This document shows, in pieces, positions 51,857 through 62,605 of a stretch of 64,000 bases of DNA. The translations under genes were made by a program, and so were the position numbers. The DNA lies in contig CACJJI010000004.1 in assembly GCA_902593675.1 (NCBI GenBank), positions 77,529 through 141,528 on the forward strand. The letters are read 5' to 3'. The notes beneath the pieces are model-generated. The model was given only the letters and a program-made list of their open reading frames with translations. It was not told the DNA's origin and did no database searches. The stretch's first letter is position 1. Each line of letters starts with the position of its first letter. Origin of the DNA: an uncultured SAR86 cluster bacterium. GTDB lineage: Bacteria; Pseudomonadota; Gammaproteobacteria; Magnimaribacterales; D2472.

Positions 51857-52756
51857 ATGATGCAACCCCTACAAGGCAGTTTAGTAGCTCTAGTTACTCC
51901 GATGTTAGAAGACGGAAGCTTGGATTTTAATGCTCTTGAAGCATTAATAGAGTGGCATATAGAATCTGGTACTAATGGCATTGTATCTGTCGGAACAACG
52001 GGCGAATCTGCAACAGTAAGTGTTTCAGAGCATCTTAAGATCATAAATAAGACTATTAATTTTGTTAACGGAAGGGTGCCTGTGATTGCCGGTACCGGTG
52101 GAAACTCAACGCAGGAGGCTATTGAGCTGACTCAAACAGCCGCAGAGCTTGGAGCAGACTTCGCTCTTTTAGTTACCCCTTATTACAATAAACCAAATCA
52201 AGAGGGCTTATTTCAGCATTTTATCAAAATTGCAAACTCGGCTGATATTCCACAGATACTTTACAACGTTCCATCGCGCACTGCTTGTGATCTTATGCCT
52301 GAAACTGTAATGAGACTCGCTAATCATCAAAATATTGTTGGGATTAAAGAGGCGCTAGATAGTTCGGAGCGGCTTTCTGAACTTATAAAAATTTCTCAAT
52401 CTATTGCTGATCAAAAAAAATTTTTAGTTTTTTCTGGAGATGATCCTACATTCAATTCTTTTATGGCAAATGGAGGTGATGGAGTTATTTCTGTGGCAGC
52501 GAATGTTGTTCCAAGCTATATTTCTCAAATTTGCTCATTCAATCTATCTGATCAGTTTGATGAGGCAAAAGAGTTAAATTCCATATTAGAGAATTTATAT
52601 GAACTTTTGTTTGTTGAATCTAATCCAATACCTGTAAAGTGGATGTTAAATAAAATGAAGAGAATTCAATCTGGTATAAGGCTTCCTTTGGTGCCTTATA
52701 ATGAGGTTTTTCATGAGAAAACTATAAATGAGATGATAAAATTGAAGCTAATATGA
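51857..52756 (+). CDS. dapA: 4-hydroxy-tetrahydrodipicolinate synthase
   Basis: GTTGES, TPYYNKP, LYNVPSRT, GIKEA, ESNPIPVK. Confidence 0.97.
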   Translation: MMQPLQGSLVALVTPMLEDGSLDFNALEALIEWHIESGTNGIVSVGTTGESATVSVSEHLKIINKTINFVNGRVPVIAGTGGNSTQEAIELTQTAAELGADFALLVTPYYNKPNQEGLFQHFIKIANSADIPQILYNVPSRTACDLMPETVMRLANHQNIVGIKEALDSSERLSELIKISQSIADQKKFLVFSGDDPTFNSFMANGGDGVISVAANVVPSYISQICSFNLSDQFDEAKELNSILENLYELLFVESNPIPVKWMLNKMKRIQSGIRLPLVPYNEVFHEKTINEMIKLKLI

Positions 52757-53751
52757 AATATCTAAAAAATAATATTTTTTTAATTCTTGTGATTTTCATT
52801 ACCTCTTGTTCATATATTTCTGGACCTGAGGGATTATTTCCCGAAACTAAAAATAAATTTTTTGAAGAGAGGCTGGCTCCAGATCTTCAATTACCATCAT
52901 CTGAAATTGCAATTACTAAAGATGATCATTATCCCCCAATTAGCCAAGGTATTCCTGCTGCTGAGATTCAAGACATTCCAGCACCAAGACAAATATTTTC
53001 CTCAGGAGAGTCTAACGAGGTCCAACTAAGGCGACTTGGCGAATTGATGTGGGTTTATGTAGAAACTTTGCCTTCCACCTCATGGCCAATTACTAAGAAT
53101 TACTTTGAAGCTTCACCGATGTCAATAATTGATGCAGATCCTGATGCTGGCATTATGCTGATTAAGCATTCTGATAATTTAAATCTTAAAATTACTATTG
53201 AGCATGGAATTAAAGAGGCCTCCACTGAAATCTTTTTATCATCATATGATCTTGATAAAGATGTTGCAGTAAAGCAGGATCCTGATTTCGTCCAACAGGA
53301 ATTAGAGAAAATAGTACAATTCTTTGCGAGCTCTGCATCTTCATTTTCTGGAACATCTTTGGCTGCTCAAAATTTAAATGATAGAAAGAAGGCAAAAATT
53401 TTCAATGTAAATGATCAAACAATCATTGAATTAAACCTTGGATTTGATCGAGCTTGGTCTGCTGTAAGCAGAGCTTTAGAGGCGGGAAATATCACCTCCA
53501 ACGACATTGACAGGGATAATGGAATTTTTTTGGTAAGTTATTCAGTAGAATCTGAAAGAGGTGGCTGGTTTTCCTTTTTAAATTTTAATGATGAGGAAAA
53601 CAATGATTCACTATTGCTTGGTGAGGCGGCTGAATTTAGAATATTACTTGAATCAAAAAATGATAAAACCAATATTCTTGTTGAGTCACTAGAAGGGGCC
53701 AAAGAAGAGGCTGAGGCTCTTTTATCTAAAATAAATGAACTATTAAGTTAA
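52753..53751 (+). CDS. bamC: Outer membrane assembly lipoprotein BamC (NlpB/DapX)
   Basis: Lipobox ITSC, FDRAWSAVSRALE; dapA-bamC-purC synteny. Confidence 0.8.
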   Translation: MKYLKNNIFLILVIFITSCSYISGPEGLFPETKNKFFEERLAPDLQLPSSEIAITKDDHYPPISQGIPAAEIQDIPAPRQIFSSGESNEVQLRRLGELMWVYVETLPSTSWPITKNYFEASPMSIIDADPDAGIMLIKHSDNLNLKITIEHGIKEASTEIFLSSYDLDKDVAVKQDPDFVQQELEKIVQFFASSASSFSGTSLAAQNLNDRKKAKIFNVNDQTIIELNLGFDRAWSAVSRALEAGNITSNDIDRDNGIFLVSYSVESERGGWFSFLNFNDEENNDSLLLGEAAEFRILLESKNDKTNILVESLEGAKEEAEALLSKINELLS

Positions 53752-53757
53752 GGAATT

Positions 53758-54477
53758 ATGGAAAAAATATCTCAAATCACAACCGGTAAAGCTAAATCTC
53801 TATACACCACCAATGAACCTGATCAGCTCATCATGGAGTTTAGAGACGATACTTCTGCTTTTGATGGAAAAAAAATGGAAGCTCTTGATAACAAAGGAAA
53901 AGTTAATAATCAATTCAATGCCTTTGTTATGGAATTTCTAGCATCAAAGGGGATCGAAACACATTTTATAAAGCTACTTTCAAATCATGAATCTTTAGTA
54001 TACAAGTTAGAAATGTTTCCCATTGAGTGCGTTGTAAGAAATAGAGCGACAGGATCACTTTGTAAACGACTTGGAATTGAAGATGGGTTGATACTTGACC
54101 CTCCGCTATTTGAATTCTTTTTAAAAGATGATGAATTAGGAGACCCATTGATTAATGATCATCATATTGAATCATTTGGCTGGGCAACCCAAGAAGATGC
54201 AGATGCAATGAGAGATTTAACCCTCGAAATTAATGATATTTTGGTTGATTTTTTCAAGGAAGCTAATCTTATTTTGGTAGATTACAAATTGGAGTTTGGA
54301 AAATTTCAGGGCAAGATGCTTCTCGCAGATGAATTTACCCCAGATGGATGTCGTTTGTGGGATAAAGATACATTAACCAAAATGGATAAAGATAGATTTC
54401 GTCAAGACCTAGGAAATGTTATAGAAACCTATGGAGAGGTGGGAGAGCGTCTGGGAATGAAAATAAAACTTGACTAA
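53758..54477 (+). CDS. purC: SAICAR synthase
   Basis: [39 protein letters not shown]. Confidence 0.97.
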   Translation: MEKISQITTGKAKSLYTTNEPDQLIMEFRDDTSAFDGKKMEALDNKGKVNNQFNAFVMEFLASKGIETHFIKLLSNHESLVYKLEMFPIECVVRNRATGSLCKRLGIEDGLILDPPLFEFFLKDDELGDPLINDHHIESFGWATQEDADAMRDLTLEINDILVDFFKEANLILVDYKLEFGKFQGKMLLADEFTPDGCRLWDKDTLTKMDKDRFRQDLGNVIETYGEVGERLGMKIKLD

Positions 54478-54490
54478 ATTAGTCAGGTAT
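54466..54490. promoter_or_regulatory. IscR type-1 binding site overlapping the isc promoter
   Basis: AAACTTGACTAAATTAGTCAGGTAT fits ATASYYGACTRWWWYAGTCRRSTAT with one mismatch. Confidence 0.85.
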
Positions 54491-54503
54491 TGATAATACC
54501 TGA

Positions 54504-54944
54504 ATGAATTTCACAACTAAAAGTCGATATGCTGTTAATGCATTAGCAGACTTACAATATCTCTCAAATTACGAAAGCCCGGTTTCTTTAAAAGATATAG
54601 CTGTTAGGCAGGGCATAGATCTAACTTATCTTGAGCAGTTATTTAGAAAATTAAGAATCGCAGGCATTGTTAAAAGTGTTCGTGGGAGAAATGGAGGATA
54701 CATATATGCCTCTCATCCCAAGGAGATAAGCATTAAACATATTATGGATGCTGTTGAAGAAAACTTAGATGCAACAAATTGTGCGGGCACTTCTTCTTGT
54801 CATGCAGGTCAACAGTGTAACTCTCATAAATTATGGGATGATTTAAATAGTGTGGTCGATGAATTTTTAAGCGAAATTTCGATCACTGATCTTGTAGAAA
54901 AACCAAGAAGCCCCCATATACCTCTTAAGGAAATTAAATCATGA
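54504..54944 (+). CDS. iscR: Fe-S cluster regulator IscR
   Basis: [24 protein letters not shown]-x5-C-x5-C..H ligand set. Confidence 0.93.
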   Translation: MNFTTKSRYAVNALADLQYLSNYESPVSLKDIAVRQGIDLTYLEQLFRKLRIAGIVKSVRGRNGGYIYASHPKEISIKHIMDAVEENLDATNCAGTSSCHAGQQCNSHKLWDDLNSVVDEFLSEISITDLVEKPRSPHIPLKEIKS

Positions 54945-56167
54945 ATAGCCAAATGAATTTACCAATCTATATGGATTATGCATCTACTACACCAGTAGAT
55001 CCTCGTGTTGCAAAAAAAATATCTGATCATCTTACGCTGGATGGCAATTTTGGAAATCCTGCTTCACGTTCACATAAGTTTGGTTGGAAAGCTGAAGAGG
55101 CGGTTGAAGAGGCTCGATCGCATGTTGCGAATTTAGTGAATTGTGATCCAAGAGAAATTGTTTGGACTTCTGGCGCCACTGAGGCAGATAATTTAGCTAT
55201 CAAAGGTATTGCTAATTTTTATAAAAAGAATGGGAGGCATATTATTACCTCTAAAATAGAACACAAAGCTGTTCTTGATCCTTGTAGACAGCTAGAAAGA
55301 GATGGTTTTGAAGTTACCTATCTAGAACCTAATGAGGGTGGTTTGATTTCGCCTGAAGCTGTTTTAAATGCAATCAGAGAGGACACTGTGCTGATATCAA
55401 TTATGCATATTAATAATGAATTAGGCACTATCAATGATCTTAGCGGTATTGGAAAAATTGCGCGTGAAAAAGGTATTTTCTTTCATGTTGATGCTGCACA
55501 AAGTACTGGGAAAATTGAAATAGATTTAAGCTCTCTTCCTGTTGATTTAATGTCCTTTTCAGCTCATAAAACATATGGGCCTAAGGGAATTGGAGCTTTG
55601 TTTGTTCGAAGAAAGCCTCGAGTAAGAATTGAAGCTCAAATCCATGGAGGTGGGCATGAAAGAGGAATGAGATCTGGAACGCTGCCAACACATCAAATAG
55701 TTGGAATGGGAGAAGCATTTAGAATTGCAAAAGAAGAAATGAATAATGATAAGAAAAGAATTCAATCCTTGCATGACAAGTTCTATAAATCTATTTCAAA
55801 CATTGAAGAGATATATGTAAATGGAGATATTGAAAACAAAGTAAGTAATATTTTAAACATTAGCTTTGCTTATGTTGAAGGAGAATCCTTAATCATGGCT
55901 TTAAAAGATATTGCTGTTTCCTCGGGATCAGCTTGCACATCAGCTAGTTTAGAGCCATCCTATGTGTTGAGGGCGCTTGGAAGAAAAGATGAGCTTGCAT
56001 CAAGTTCTATTCGCTTTTCGTTTGGAAGATTTACCACTGAAGAAGATGTGGATTATACATTGAATTTAATCAACCATGCTGTAGATAGATTGAGAGAGCT
56101 ATCTCCATTATGGGAAATGTATTTAGATGGAATCGATCTTGATACAGTTGATTGGCAAACCCACTAA
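54941..56167 (+). CDS. iscS: Cysteine desulfurase
   Basis: [34 protein letters not shown]. Confidence 0.98.
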   Translation: MNSQMNLPIYMDYASTTPVDPRVAKKISDHLTLDGNFGNPASRSHKFGWKAEEAVEEARSHVANLVNCDPREIVWTSGATEADNLAIKGIANFYKKNGRHIITSKIEHKAVLDPCRQLERDGFEVTYLEPNEGGLISPEAVLNAIREDTVLISIMHINNELGTINDLSGIGKIAREKGIFFHVDAAQSTGKIEIDLSSLPVDLMSFSAHKTYGPKGIGALFVRRKPRVRIEAQIHGGGHERGMRSGTLPTHQIVGMGEAFRIAKEEMNNDKKRIQSLHDKFYKSISNIEEIYVNGDIENKVSNILNISFAYVEGESLIMALKDIAVSSGSACTSASLEPSYVLRALGRKDELASSSIRFSFGRFTTEEDVDYTLNLINHAVDRLRELSPLWEMYLDGIDLDTVDWQTH

Positions 56168-56183
56168 ATATTGGGAGGTATTT

Positions 56184-56588
56184 ATGGCATACAGTAAAAA
56201 AGTTGTAGACAAATTTGAAAACACCATTAATGAGCCTGCAAAATATAATGTTGGAAGGTTCGATCCAAAAGAGATGAATGTAGGAACTGGAATGGTTGGA
56301 GCTCCTGCATGTGGAGATGTAATGAAGCTCCAGATCAAATGTGAAAGCCAGGGCAACACTCATGTGATTAAGGATGTTAAGTTCAAGACTTATGGGTGCG
56401 GTTCCGCAATAGCTTCATCTAGCGAATTGGTTGAGATGTTAATTGGAAAAACACTTGAGGAAGCCAAGGAGATTAAAAATATTGATATTGTTAAAGCTCT
56501 CGAACTGCCTCCCATAAAAATCCATTGCTCAGTTTTAGCAGAAGATTCTATCAAACAGGCGATAGAGGATTACGAGCAGAAACAGTAA
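56184..56588 (+). CDS. iscU: Fe-S scaffold IscU
   Basis: GAPACGDVM, YGCGSAIA, LPPIKIHCS; GGGAGG RBS before ATG 56184. Confidence 0.97.
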   Translation: MAYSKKVVDKFENTINEPAKYNVGRFDPKEMNVGTGMVGAPACGDVMKLQIKCESQGNTHVIKDVKFKTYGCGSAIASSSELVEMLIGKTLEEAKEIKNIDIVKALELPPIKIHCSVLAEDSIKQAIEDYEQKQ

Positions 56589-56594
56589 TTAATT

Positions 56595-56942
56595 ATGGAA
56601 ACATTTTCTCCACAAGAGCTCAGATTTTCTGAAAAAGCCATACTGCATTTTTCTTCTAGTCTAAAAAAGCATGGTAAGAGTGATGGGGTTAGGATTGGCG
56701 TAAGAAAAGCTGGATGCTCTGGCTTTGAGTACTTTTTTGAGTTTGTTGAGTCGAATCTAACTGATACCAATGACTTTATTTTTAATCAAGGCGAATGCAA
56801 GATCTATGTAGACAAAGAAAGCTTGAATTATCTCAAAGGTAGTTTGATTGATTATTCTGAAGATGGTCTTAATCAAGGAATTAAATTTCATAATCCAAAC
56901 GCTAAAGCTGTATGCGGTTGCGGTGAAAGCTTCACTATTTAA
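56595..56942 (+). CDS. iscA: A-type Fe-S carrier IscA
   Basis: AGCSG and CGCGESF. Confidence 0.92.
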   Translation: METFSPQELRFSEKAILHFSSSLKKHGKSDGVRIGVRKAGCSGFEYFFEFVESNLTDTNDFIFNQGECKIYVDKESLNYLKGSLIDYSEDGLNQGIKFHNPNAKAVCGCGESFTI

Positions 56943-56946
56943 TTAA

Positions 56947-57285
56947 ATGGCTTACATAAAATTGTTACCTCATTTTGAGCTATGTCCTGATGGGGCTGAA
57001 TTTGAAACTCTTAAAGATGAGTCGATTTGCGAGGCTGCTTTAAGATCAGGCATTAAAATTGAACATGCTTGCGAAATGTCATGCGCATGCACTACATGTC
57101 ATATCATTGTTCGAGATGGATTTAACAATCTCAATGAGGCATCTGAGGATGAGGAAGATTTGCTTGATAAGGCCTGGGGTCTTGAACCAAACTCTCGTTT
57201 GAGCTGCCAAACTATACCGGACGATGGAAATTTTACGGTTGAATTACCAAAATATACTATTAATCAAGTTTCAGAGGATCATTAA
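56947..57285 (+). CDS. fdx: ISC 2Fe-2S ferredoxin
   Basis: EHACEMSCACTTCH, LDKAWGL, SRLSCQ. Confidence 0.96.
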   Translation: MAYIKLLPHFELCPDGAEFETLKDESICEAALRSGIKIEHACEMSCACTTCHIIVRDGFNNLNEASEDEEDLLDKAWGLEPNSRLSCQTIPDDGNFTVELPKYTINQVSEDH

Positions 57286-57485
57286 TGGGCATCAAATGGT
57301 CAGACATCCTAGAAATTGCCATACATCTAAGTGAGGCCTATCCCGAGATTGATCCCCAGTGGATAAGTTTTCCAGACTTGCATAAAAAGATTTGCAACCT
57401 AGAAAACTTTGAAGATGATCCACAAAACTCAAATGAAAAAATTCTTGAAGCAATCCAAATGGCATGGATGGATGAATTAGACTAA
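57285..57485 (+). CDS. iscX: Fe-S assembly protein IscX
   Basis: KWSD..EIA, F.DL, NEKILEAIQMAW. Confidence 0.93.
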   Translation: MGIKWSDILEIAIHLSEAYPEIDPQWISFPDLHKKICNLENFEDDPQNSNEKILEAIQMAWMDELD

Positions 57486-57520
57486 GTCCCCTATAATGTC
57501 GCAAATTTAGGAGTAACCTT

Positions 57521-57940
57521 ATGACAACACAACGAACACTTTCAATCATTAAGCCTGATGCAACATCAAAAAATATCATTGGAAAAATAATAGATCGATT
57601 TGAAGAAAATGGCCTTAAGGTGGTTGCAGGTAAATTAATACACATGGATCAAGCTCAAGCTGCAGGATTCTATGCTGAGCATGAGGGAAGACCATTTTTT
57701 CCAAACCTTGTTGAATATATGACATCTGCTCCAGTATTTGTTCAGGTTCTAGAGGGAGATAATGCTGTTATAAAAAATAGAGAGTTAATGGGTGCCACAA
57801 ATCCTAGTGAAGCAGATCCTGGAACAATTAGAGCAGATTTTGCAGAGACAATTGACGCAAATGCTGTACATGGATCTGATTCAATAGAAAGTGCTGCAAG
57901 AGAAATCTCCTATTTTTTTGATGATAGTGAAATCTTTTAA
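57521..57940 (+). CDS. ndk: Nucleoside diphosphate kinase
   Basis: [30 protein letters not shown]. Confidence 0.98.
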   Translation: MTTQRTLSIIKPDATSKNIIGKIIDRFEENGLKVVAGKLIHMDQAQAAGFYAEHEGRPFFPNLVEYMTSAPVFVQVLEGDNAVIKNRELMGATNPSEADPGTIRADFAETIDANAVHGSDSIESAAREISYFFDDSEIF

Positions 57941-57944
57941 TTGA

Positions 57945-59039
57945 GTGCATAAAGAAAAGGTTAATTTATTAGGATTCTCACATGAATCATTGGTAGATTT
58001 TTTTCAATCAATAGATCAGCCAAGCTTTAGAGCTCCTCAATTGATGAAGTGGATTCATCAACGTGGAGTTATTGATTTTATGCAAATGACTGATTTTAGT
58101 CTGGCATTAAGAAATCAGCTTTCTGAAATTGCTGAAGTAAAACCCCCTTTAGTAGATGAATGTTTACTATCTCCGGAGGGGACAAAGAAATATTTAATCA
58201 AACTTGATTCAGGCTCAATGATTGAAATGGTCAAGATCCCAGAAAAGAAAAGGCTGACTCTGTGTATTTCGTCTCAAGCAGGATGCGCATTGCAATGTAC
58301 TTTCTGCGCAACAGGCGCACAGGGTTTTGAAAGAAATTTATCCGCTGCAGAAATTATTGGACAGTTATGGCTAGCTAATTTTCATGATGAATCTAGTCCT
58401 CCTATTTCAAACATCGTGTTTATGGGAATGGGCGAACCTCTACTCAATATTGAGCCGGTAATGGCTTCAATTAGCTTAATGCAGCATCAAAATGCATATG
58501 GGCTTTCTAAAAGAAGGATTACTCTTAGCACTTCCGGGATAGTGCCGGAAATCAATAAGCTTGCTAATAAAACTGATGTCTCATTGGCAATATCATTGCA
58601 TGCTGCCAACAATATCTTAAGAGATGAAATAGTCCCAATTAATAAAAAATATCCACTAGAAGAGCTTTTAGATGCGTGTAAGAACTATCTCAGAAATCAA
58701 AGCAAACGTAAAACAATCACGATTGAATATATATTAATAGATGGTGTAAATGATTCATTGAATCATGCAAAAGATTTGGTCAAAATTCTCAAGGGGCTAT
58801 CTTGTAAAATAAACCTTATACCCTTTAATCCATTTGATGGATGTCATTATCTTAGATCTCAAGAAAGTAATATTTATAAATTTAAGGATTTTCTTATTAA
58901 AAAGGGATTAATAACTACTCTTAGAATTACAAGAGGAGATGCTATTGATGGAGCATGCGGACAACTAGTTGGTAAGCTGACTAAAAGCGTGAAAGGTAAA
59001 AATAAAAAAAATTCAATTAATCTTATTAATACTCGATGA
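57945..59039 (+). CDS. rlmN: 23S rRNA m2A2503/tRNA methyltransferase (radical SAM)
   Basis: CISSQAGCALQCTFC, FMGMGEP, AISLHA, GACGQL. Confidence 0.96.
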   Translation: MHKEKVNLLGFSHESLVDFFQSIDQPSFRAPQLMKWIHQRGVIDFMQMTDFSLALRNQLSEIAEVKPPLVDECLLSPEGTKKYLIKLDSGSMIEMVKIPEKKRLTLCISSQAGCALQCTFCATGAQGFERNLSAAEIIGQLWLANFHDESSPPISNIVFMGMGEPLLNIEPVMASISLMQHQNAYGLSKRRITLSTSGIVPEINKLANKTDVSLAISLHAANNILRDEIVPINKKYPLEELLDACKNYLRNQSKRKTITIEYILIDGVNDSLNHAKDLVKILKGLSCKINLIPFNPFDGCHYLRSQESNIYKFKDFLIKKGLITTLRITRGDAIDGACGQLVGKLTKSVKGKNKKNSINLINTR

Positions 59040-59605
59040 ATCTCAAATCCGCACATACAGGCAAGATTGGAAAAGCATTTATCAATGCGCGCATACTTCG
59101 TTCATTGACTCAGGAAGATGTTGCCGGTCTAACCTTAATTAATATTGATTATATAAAGGCCATTGAGTCTGGTGACTATGCAGTTTTTCCAGCAAGGATG
59201 TTCGCCGTTAAATATTTTGAAAAATATGCAAAATTTCTAAACTTAGATATTAATTTTTTTGATATTTATAATGCCGAAGTAGTTGAGGCGGCTGAAGATG
59301 AGCTAGCCCCTGATTTATCTAAAAAGTCATTTCTTAGAGAGAGCATAATTTATATCGTTTTTATATGCGTCGTTCTTTTTATCTCTTTATTTTTAATTTT
59401 TCAAAATAATGATATTGACGAAGTTACTGAGGTTACCCTAAACGAGACTTCCGCCAACACAGAAGATCCAAAAATGGACATTGAATCTAATTTTAAAAAT
59501 GATCTTGATGGATTGCATAACGAAATTAATAATTTTTTTATTCAATATAAACTTGATTCAATCCAGCTTGATGTTACTGTTGATTCATCGGAGCCAGATG
59601 CATGA
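59036..59605 (+). CDS. rodZ: RodZ-like HTH membrane protein (C-terminally short)
   Basis: Xre-type HTH ([13 protein letters not shown]), one TM helix; between rlmN and ispG. Confidence 0.75.
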   Translation: MNLKSAHTGKIGKAFINARILRSLTQEDVAGLTLINIDYIKAIESGDYAVFPARMFAVKYFEKYAKFLNLDINFFDIYNAEVVEAAEDELAPDLSKKSFLRESIIYIVFICVVLFISLFLIFQNNDIDEVTEVTLNETSANTEDPKMDIESNFKNDLDGLHNEINNFFIQYKLDSIQLDVTVDSSEPDA

Positions 59606-60699
59606 AGAATTCCTGGATAGAAAGAAAAAAAACTAATCCTATATTTGTAGGAAATGTTGGAGTAGGTGGTGATCATCCTATATCTATTCAGTCTATGACA
59701 AATACTAATACAGCTGATATTCAAGCTACTGTAGGTCAAATCAAGGAATTAGAAGCTGCGGGAGCTGACATAGTCAGAGTTTCTGTTCCTGATAAAGATT
59801 GTGCAAATGCATTTAAATCAATCAAAGATCTAGTTTCAGTTCCTCTGGTTGCAGATATTCATTTTGATTATAAAATTGCTTTGCTTGTTGCAGATTCCGC
59901 AGATTGTCTGAGGATTAATCCGGGCAATATAGGGAAAGAAAAAAAAGTTCAAGAAATCATTCAGGCTGCAAAAGATAATGATATTCCTATAAGAATTGGT
60001 GTTAATGCTGGCTCATTGGAGAAAGATCTCCAAAAAAAATATGGAGAGCCTAACTCAGATGCTTTAGTTGAATCAGCGCTAAGGCATGTGGATATTTTGG
60101 ATAGGTACAGCTTCTCTAATTTTAAATTAAGCCTTAAAGCTTCAAATATTCAATTGACAGTTGATAGTTATAGAAAGTTTTCTAAATTACTTGATCAGCC
60201 CTTGCATTTAGGTATTACAGAGTCTGGCAGTTATAGGGCTGGCTCAGTTAAGTCATCTATTGGTTTGGGCATGCTCTTATCTGAAGGGATAGGCGATACA
60301 ATTAGGGTTTCACTGGCCTCAGATCCTGTAGATGAAGTAAAGATTGGCTGGGATATTTTAAAAAGTCTAAATCTAAGAAGTAGAGGGATCAGAATAGTTG
60401 CATGCCCTAGCTGCTCCAGACAAAATTTTAATGTCATAGAGGTGGTTAATGAGCTTGAGACTAGGTTTGAGGGGATATCTGAGGATTTAGAAGTTGCAAT
60501 AATAGGTTGTTATGTAAATGGTCCAGGTGAGTCAAAGGCAGCTGATGTCGGGCTAACTGGAGGCCCAAGTAACTTGCTATATGTTAATGGCGCTCCTTCA
60601 AAAAAAGTCTCTAACGAGAAACTTGTTGATACAATAGAAGAGCAAGTTAAAGAACAGCTCGAAAAGAAAAATTCTGTAGATATTATTGCAAAAGGTTAA
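59602..60699 (+). CDS. ispG: HMBPP synthase
   Basis: [44 protein letters not shown]. Confidence 0.97.
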   Translation: MKNSWIERKKTNPIFVGNVGVGGDHPISIQSMTNTNTADIQATVGQIKELEAAGADIVRVSVPDKDCANAFKSIKDLVSVPLVADIHFDYKIALLVADSADCLRINPGNIGKEKKVQEIIQAAKDNDIPIRIGVNAGSLEKDLQKKYGEPNSDALVESALRHVDILDRYSFSNFKLSLKASNIQLTVDSYRKFSKLLDQPLHLGITESGSYRAGSVKSSIGLGMLLSEGIGDTIRVSLASDPVDEVKIGWDILKSLNLRSRGIRIVACPSCSRQNFNVIEVVNELETRFEGISEDLEVAIIGCYVNGPGESKAADVGLTGGPSNLLYVNGAPSKKVSNEKLVDTIEEQVKEQLEKKNSVDIIAKG

Positions 60700-60702
60700 A
60701 AA

Positions 60703-61947
60703 TTGAAGATTCAATCATTAAGAGGCATGCCTGATCTATTTCCCGAGGATTTAGAGAGATGGCATATATTCGAATCCAAGCTTTATAAAATCTTTCATTC
60801 TTTCAATACGCTTGAAATTCGAACTCCATTGTTAGAGTCCACAGAACTCTTTTCAAGATCAGTTGGGAGCTCATCTGATATTGTTAACAAAGAACTCTAC
60901 TCATTTTTAGATCGTAACGAAGAAAGTATCAGCTTGAGACCTGAGGGTTCTGCGAGCGTAATTAGAGCAATTATTCAAAAAAAACAAGAGCATGAGAAAC
61001 ATAAACTTTGGTATCAGGGACCAATGTTCAGATATGAGAGGCCGCAAAAAGGAAGATTTAGGCAGTTTCATCAAGTGGGAGTTGAATACCTTGGTTTCGA
61101 GGAAGGAGTTTCAGAATATGAATTAATTAGTATGGTTTTACAGATCAATAAATTAATTGGTATTTCAGACTATACAATTAAAATTAATCATCTTGGCGAT
61201 CAGCTTGCTAAAGATAGTTTTTGCAATTCCCTTGTTGCTTTTCTCCAGCCACATATAAATGAATTGCATGAAAAAGATCAAGTGAGATTAAGATCTAATC
61301 CTTTGAGAGTCTTAGACTCCAAAGAAAAATCTACCCAGGTATTGCTAAAAAAAGGCCCAAAATTCCAAGATTATATTTCAGAAGATTCTAGGAACTTTTT
61401 ACAAAATCTCGTAGATACTTACAGCAATCATTGCAATATACAGGTTGATCAATCACTGGTAAGAGGATTAGATTATTACACAGGCATTGTATTTGAATCT
61501 GTGTCAGAAAAGCTTGGAGCTCAAGATGCCATCCTTGGAGGTGGAAGATACGACAATCTTTCCAAACAACTTGGCGGAAAAGAAATGCATGCAATAGGTT
61601 TCGCTATAGGGGTTGAAAGAATAATCGAGCTACTCAGCATTGAAAATATAAAACAACCATTAAAAGTTGGATTTATTACTCTTGGAGAGCAGATTGACAA
61701 AAAAACATATAAAATAGCCGATGATTTAAGAAGTGCTAATAATAGTATTATTCTTGATACATTTTTAAGCGAGGGAAGTTTAAAATCTCAGCTGAGAAGA
61801 GCCAATAAAAATAATTGCAGTTATGTAATTATTGTTGGAGAAGATGAGCTCAAAAATGATCAAGTGATATGGAAAGACCTGAGAGATGACGGAGAGCAAG
61901 AACTTCTTACCTCAAAAGAAGTCATAGATAAATATACTAATCTTTAG
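60703..61947 (+). CDS. hisS: Histidine--tRNA ligase
   Basis: LRPEG, FRYERPQKGRFRQFHQ, LVRGLDYY, GGGRYD. Confidence 0.97.
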   Translation: MKIQSLRGMPDLFPEDLERWHIFESKLYKIFHSFNTLEIRTPLLESTELFSRSVGSSSDIVNKELYSFLDRNEESISLRPEGSASVIRAIIQKKQEHEKHKLWYQGPMFRYERPQKGRFRQFHQVGVEYLGFEEGVSEYELISMVLQINKLIGISDYTIKINHLGDQLAKDSFCNSLVAFLQPHINELHEKDQVRLRSNPLRVLDSKEKSTQVLLKKGPKFQDYISEDSRNFLQNLVDTYSNHCNIQVDQSLVRGLDYYTGIVFESVSEKLGAQDAILGGGRYDNLSKQLGGKEMHAIGFAIGVERIIELLSIENIKQPLKVGFITLGEQIDKKTYKIADDLRSANNSIILDTFLSEGSLKSQLRRANKNNCSYVIIVGEDELKNDQVIWKDLRDDGEQELLTSKEVIDKYTNL

Positions 61948-61955
61948 GAGAGATC

Positions 61956-62600
61956 ATGGCAGATTACAGTTCAGATGAAGAAAGATTTGCAGCCTTCGTA
62001 AATTTTTTTAAAGACCATAAAAATACTCTGTTAATTAGTTTCTTAGCTATCGCAACAATTCTGATTTCTTCGATAAGTTACAAGACATATAACACTTCGC
62101 AAAATTTAAAAGCAGGCGAGATATATGATACTTGGTTTGTAAATCTTTCTGATGAATCAGGAAGCGCATTAGTCGACAAAGAAAATTTTAACAAGCTTCA
62201 AGAAAATTATCCTAGGACTGGATATGCTCAACTTGCAAGAATGATCCGGGGCTCATCACTCGCTAGAGAGGGTGATCTTGATGCGGCATTAATTGACTTC
62301 AAAGAATTATTAGATGTATCTTCAGGATTTTTTGGAAATGATATGTTGAGTTCAATTGCAAAAATAAATATTGCTAGAATTGAGCTAAGTAAAGAAAACT
62401 ACTCTAATGCTCTAGAGGTTTTGGAATCATTTAATTCAGGTGCTGAGCACCCCCTTGTTTATGAGGTGAAGGGCGATGCTTTGGTTGGGCTTGAAAAAAA
62501 TAAATTAGCCTTAGATCAATATTCATTGGCTCTTGAGAATTCACAGAATGAATCGCAAAAGTCTCTATTAAAAATGAAGATCAATAAAATTAATAACTAG
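61956..62600 (+). CDS. yfgM: YfgM ancillary SecYEG TPR protein
   Basis: N-terminal TM anchor, TPRs, EVKGDAL; between hisS and bamB. Confidence 0.82.
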   Translation: MADYSSDEERFAAFVNFFKDHKNTLLISFLAIATILISSISYKTYNTSQNLKAGEIYDTWFVNLSDESGSALVDKENFNKLQENYPRTGYAQLARMIRGSSLAREGDLDAALIDFKELLDVSSGFFGNDMLSSIAKINIARIELSKENYSNALEVLESFNSGAEHPLVYEVKGDALVGLEKNKLALDQYSLALENSQNESQKSLLKMKINKINN

Positions 62601-62605
62601 CTCCA

